From the NCBI GenBank assembly GCA_965203485.1, contig OZ241892.1:1312001-1376000 (forward strand): a stretch of 64,000 nucleotides of DNA, given 5' to 3'. The notes beneath the pieces are model-generated. The model did not search any database. It was not told the origin of the DNA and saw only the letters and a list, made by a program, of their open reading frames with translations. The position numbers and the translations under genes are program-made. Below, piece by piece: positions 60,967 to 64,000 of the stretch. Origin of the DNA: Longimicrobiales bacterium (GTDB lineage Bacteria; Gemmatimonadota; Gemmatimonadetes; Longimicrobiales; Gaopeijiaceae). Within the stretch, counting starts at the first letter, position 1. Each line of letters begins with the position of its first letter.

Positions 60967-61262
60967 GCCCGAAGTTGCGACGGGCGGGCCTGTTCCTGGC
61001 GGGGGCCGCCGTCGCGGGCCTGCTGGCGACGTACTTGGTGAAGGACCAGTTGCGCAGACAGAGGCGCAACCTGTTCAGCGCCAACGTGTTTCGGCGAATG
61101 GCTGCTCTGCGCCACTTGGCCGGCGAGCCGGCTACGGTGGATGCGATCAACCTCGTGCGCGACTTCGCCGCCTGGGAGCCGCGGCGCCTTCTGCGCAGGA
61201 CCGCATGGGCGGTGGTCGAGCGCATGGAGCAGGAAGTGCGCCAAAGGACCGGGAGCGCTTGA
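60963..61262 (+). CDS. Small membrane-anchored hypothetical protein
   Basis: GTGA/TTGA overlaps at both ends; N-terminal TM then short helical region. Confidence 0.65.
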   Translation: MSPKLRRAGLFLAGAAVAGLLATYLVKDQLRRQRRNLFSANVFRRMAALRHLAGEPATVDAINLVRDFAAWEPRRLLRRTAWAVVERMEQEVRQRTGSA

Positions 61263-61882
61263 ACCTCCCGAACGCGATCACCTTGGCGCGCGTGGCCGTT
61301 TGCCCGGCCATCTTTCTTCTCGCTCTGTCGTCCTCGACCGCCCTGCGCTACGCCGCGTTCGGCCTCTTTCTCCTGGCGGCCTTCTCCGACGTCTGGGACG
61401 GGCACCTGGCCCGCAAGCACGGTCTGATCACCGACGCCGGCAAGCTTCTGGACCCCATCGCCGACAAGCTCCTGCTGGCGAGCACCCTGGTGCCCTTCTA
61501 TCTCATTGGCCAGCGAGCCGACGAGCTGGAGCGGATGCCCTGGTGGGGCGCCTTTCCGTTCTGGGCGCTGCTGGTCGTGTTCGGACGCGAGTTGCTGGTG
61601 ACGCTGTTCCGCGGCTACGCGGTGCGCCGCGGCGTGGTCATCCAGGCGGGCAAGTCGGGCAAGCACAAGGCGTTGGCCCAGAATCTGTTCATCGGCGGAC
61701 TCCTGCTCTGGCATCCCCTGGTGCGGACCAGCGCGAGCGCGGACTGGTCCGGCGTCGCCTGGGGAGCGTGGCGAGCCTTCCACAGCACGTGGATCGCCGT
61801 CTTGTTCGCGGCCGCGCTGGTTCTCACGGTCTACTCCATGCTCGACTATTTCTGGAGCTACCGGGCCGTCGGGCGGAGGTAG
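61259..61882 (+). CDS. pgsA: CDP-alcohol phosphatidyltransferase (PgsA-like)
   Basis: NLPNAIT, DVWDGHLARK...GKLLDPIADK. Confidence 0.85.
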   Translation: MNLPNAITLARVAVCPAIFLLALSSSTALRYAAFGLFLLAAFSDVWDGHLARKHGLITDAGKLLDPIADKLLLASTLVPFYLIGQRADELERMPWWGAFPFWALLVVFGRELLVTLFRGYAVRRGVVIQAGKSGKHKALAQNLFIGGLLLWHPLVRTSASADWSGVAWGAWRAFHSTWIAVLFAAALVLTVYSMLDYFWSYRAVGRR

Positions 61883-61885
61883 CGG

Positions 61886-62452
61886 GTGGCCGATCCAGCG
61901 GATCGCCCGGAGCCAATGGCGGCGCCGGGCCGCTGGGCGCGGGGCCCGGCCGAGGACGTCCCCGCGCTGGCCCGGCGTCTAGCTGAAGCGGCGACGGCCG
62001 CTGGGCTCGCGGTGGCCACTGCCGAAAGCTGCACCGGCGGGCGCTTGGCGGCGGCGGTCACCGCGGCGGCGGGGGCGTCGTCGTTCTACGTGGGCGGGGT
62101 GGTGGCGTACGCCGACGAGGCCAAGGCGGGGCAACTGCAGGTCGACCCGGACGAGATGCAGGTTCACGGTGCGGTTTCGCGAGAGGTCGCCCTGGCGATG
62201 GCCGCCGGAGCGCTTGCGCAGTTCGACGCGGGCTTGGCGATGGCGGTGACGGGAATTGCGGGGCCGGGCGGGGGCACGCCGGAGAAGCCCGTGGGCACCG
62301 TGTGGGTCGCCGCCGCAGCGCGGGGCCGCTCCGAAGCGCGCCGCAGCCGGTTCCGGGGCGGCAGGCGCGCCGTGCAGGACCAGAGCGTCGCGCAGGCGTT
62401 GGCCATGGGCGTCCAACTCGCCCGCGCGCAAGCGCTCCCCGATTATCTTTGA
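61886..62452 (+). CDS. CinA C-terminal domain / NMN amidohydrolase (PncC-like)
   Basis: AESCTGG, GAVS, TGIAGPGGG, KPVGTV. Confidence 0.88.
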   Translation: MADPADRPEPMAAPGRWARGPAEDVPALARRLAEAATAAGLAVATAESCTGGRLAAAVTAAAGASSFYVGGVVAYADEAKAGQLQVDPDEMQVHGAVSREVALAMAAGALAQFDAGLAMAVTGIAGPGGGTPEKPVGTVWVAAAARGRSEARRSRFRGGRRAVQDQSVAQALAMGVQLARAQALPDYL

Positions 62453-62511
62453 TCTCCCGGCCGGGCTTCGAGATTTCCCGGACCCGTTTCTTCGCCAACC
62501 TTGCGCCATCC

Positions 62512-63264
62512 GTGACCGAAGCAACCCCCGCAAGCGACTCGGCCGGCTCGGAGCCGTCCCCCTGCTCCGAACCGCAAGAAGCCGTGGGCGTGGACGGCGG
62601 AGACCCGGCGCCCGCCGAAGAGGCGGCTGACCGGGATGCGCCGGCGAGCGTCGCCGCGTCCGCCGGGGAGGCCGGGACGACGGGCGGGCAGGCGTCCGCC
62701 GACCAGACGGAGACGGAGTTCGCCGGTGCGCCGCCGGACCAAGGCGCGGCGGCTCCGTCCGAGGACGAAGGGGCCGAGGCGTCTCCGGATGCCGCGGCCG
62801 CACCGGTCCAGGACGACGACGTCCTGCGCGCCGAACTGGAACAGGTGCAGGACCAGCGGATCCGGCTGGCGGCCGATTTCGACAACTACCGCAAGCGCAG
62901 CGAGGAGCGCCTGCGCGCGCGGTGGACTCACGCCCAGGCCGACCTGCTGACGCGCCTGCTCGACCCGCTGGACGATCTTCGCCGAGTCGCGGAGTGCGAT
63001 CCGGACACCGCCACCGCGGAATCGCTCGTGGAGGGGGTCGTCTTGGTCGAGCGGAAGTTTGCGCGCCTCCTCGAAGAGGCCGGCGTCGAAGTCGTGGACC
63101 CGCGCGACCAGCCGTTCGATCCCGCGACGATGGAAGCGATCATGCGCGTTCCGGCGGAAGCCGAGGACATGGACGACATGGTGGAGCGGGTGGTTCAGCG
63201 CGGCTTCACGCTGAAGGGACGCCTCCTTCGCCCCGCGCGGGTGGCCGTCTACAAGGCCGGGTAG
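62512..63264 (+). CDS. grpE: Nucleotide exchange factor GrpE with long acidic N-terminus
   Basis: ADFDNYRKR, FDP, EA, QRGF, LLRPARV. Confidence 0.92.
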   Translation: MTEATPASDSAGSEPSPCSEPQEAVGVDGGDPAPAEEAADRDAPASVAASAGEAGTTGGQASADQTETEFAGAPPDQGAAAPSEDEGAEASPDAAAAPVQDDDVLRAELEQVQDQRIRLAADFDNYRKRSEERLRARWTHAQADLLTRLLDPLDDLRRVAECDPDTATAESLVEGVVLVERKFARLLEEAGVEVVDPRDQPFDPATMEAIMRVPAEAEDMDDMVERVVQRGFTLKGRLLRPARVAVYKAG

Positions 63265-63278
63265 GGCCGCCGTCCGCT

Positions 63279-64000
63279 GTGGCGCGCACCGGCAAGGACT
63301 ACTACCGGACGCTTGGCGTGGCGGAGAACGCCGGCCCCGACGCGATAAAGGAAGCGTACCGAAAGCTCGCCAAGCGCTACCACCCGGACGCCAATCCGGG
63401 CGATCCCGGCGCCGCCGAGCGATTCAAGGAAGTCGGCGAAGCCAACGCCGTGTTGTCCAATCCGGCGAAGCGCAAGAAGTACGACCAGATGCGCAAGCTG
63501 GGCGCGTTCGGCTTGGGCGGCGCGCGGGGAGCGCCTAAGACGGGCACGGCCGCCGGTTCTGCGGCCTTTTCCTTCGAGGACTTCGGCGGTCTCGGCGGCT
63601 TCTCCGACTTGTTCTCGTCGATCTTCGACCGGGGACGCGAGCAGCGGAGCCGGCGGCCGGGCAGTCCGAGCAAGGGCCGCAACGTGGAGTACAGCGTGGA
63701 CGTGTCGTTCGAGACGGCCGCGAAGGGCGGGAGGATTGCGCTCTCCGTGCCGATCACGGAAAAGTGCGCCCGCTGCAAGGGGACGGGCGGGACCGAAGGA
63801 GCGGCGTGGAAGCGGTGCGCGGAGTGCGGCGGGTCGGGCAGCGTCTCCTTCGGGCAGGGCACTTTCGCGGTGCCCCGGCCTTGCCCGGCGTGCGCGGCGC
63901 GCGGACGCGTGTCCGCCAAGCCCTGCGAAGCCTGCGACGGAGCCGGCAAGCTGCGGCAGGCCCGAAAGATCAACGTGTCGGTTCCGGCCGGTGCGCGCAC
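63279..64000 (+). CDS. dnaJ: Chaperone DnaJ (runs off window end)
   Basis: KDYYRTLGV, YHPD, G/F-rich region, four CxxC zinc-finger repeats. Confidence 0.95.
   Translation, partial: MARTGKDYYRTLGVAENAGPDAIKEAYRKLAKRYHPDANPGDPGAAERFKEVGEANAVLSNPAKRKKYDQMRKLGAFGLGGARGAPKTGTAAGSAAFSFEDFGGLGGFSDLFSSIFDRGREQRSRRPGSPSKGRNVEYSVDVSFETAAKGGRIALSVPITEKCARCKGTGGTEGAAWKRCAECGGSGSVSFGQGTFAVPRPCPACAARGRVSAKPCEACDGAGKLRQARKINVSVPAGAR

Noticed and set aside
62453..63278. CIRCE element, or missing dnaK/hrcA as an anomaly
   Set aside because: No TTAGCACTC-N9-GAGTGCTAA seen; grpE-dnaJ without adjacent dnaK is not unusual.

Overview
Very GC-rich bacterial chromosomal segment. Gene content and order suggest Gemmatimonadota (inference). 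Most of the window is housekeeping: end of glpK, a ccmE-F-(I-like)-A-B-C-D cytochrome c maturation cluster, recA-alaS, gmhA, a cca-like gene, rarA, hflX, pdxJ, ispE, tRNA-Gln, prs-rplY-pth-hppA, rpsF/rpsR-rplI-rsfS-smc, aroF, yraN, SRP RNA-dnaX-ybaB-recR, pgsA, a cinA-like gene, grpE and dnaJ. The best candidate for an undescribed system is a tightly coupled minus-strand operon beside tRNA-Gln (28818-33806). It encodes a 4-TM coiled-coil protein, a membrane-anchored vWA-like protein, a MotA/TolQ/ExbB-like protein with a long ZorA-like helical tail, and a MotB/ExbD-like single-TM protein with an intramembrane Glu and no OmpA domain. Other notable items: an S6-S18 ribosomal protein fusion, an SRP RNA lacking its GNRA tetraloop, a CCA-adding-like enzyme missing a catalytic Asp, a duplicated 36-bp tripartite motif upstream of gmhA, a fused TIGR04283/TIGR04282-type glycosyltransferase, a Schlafen/AlbA_2 protein with an Ig-like tail next to a deleted IS1380 element, a lower-GC decaying islet, and an AT-rich palindromic patch inside smc. 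All family calls come from motif recognition by eye; no searches were run.
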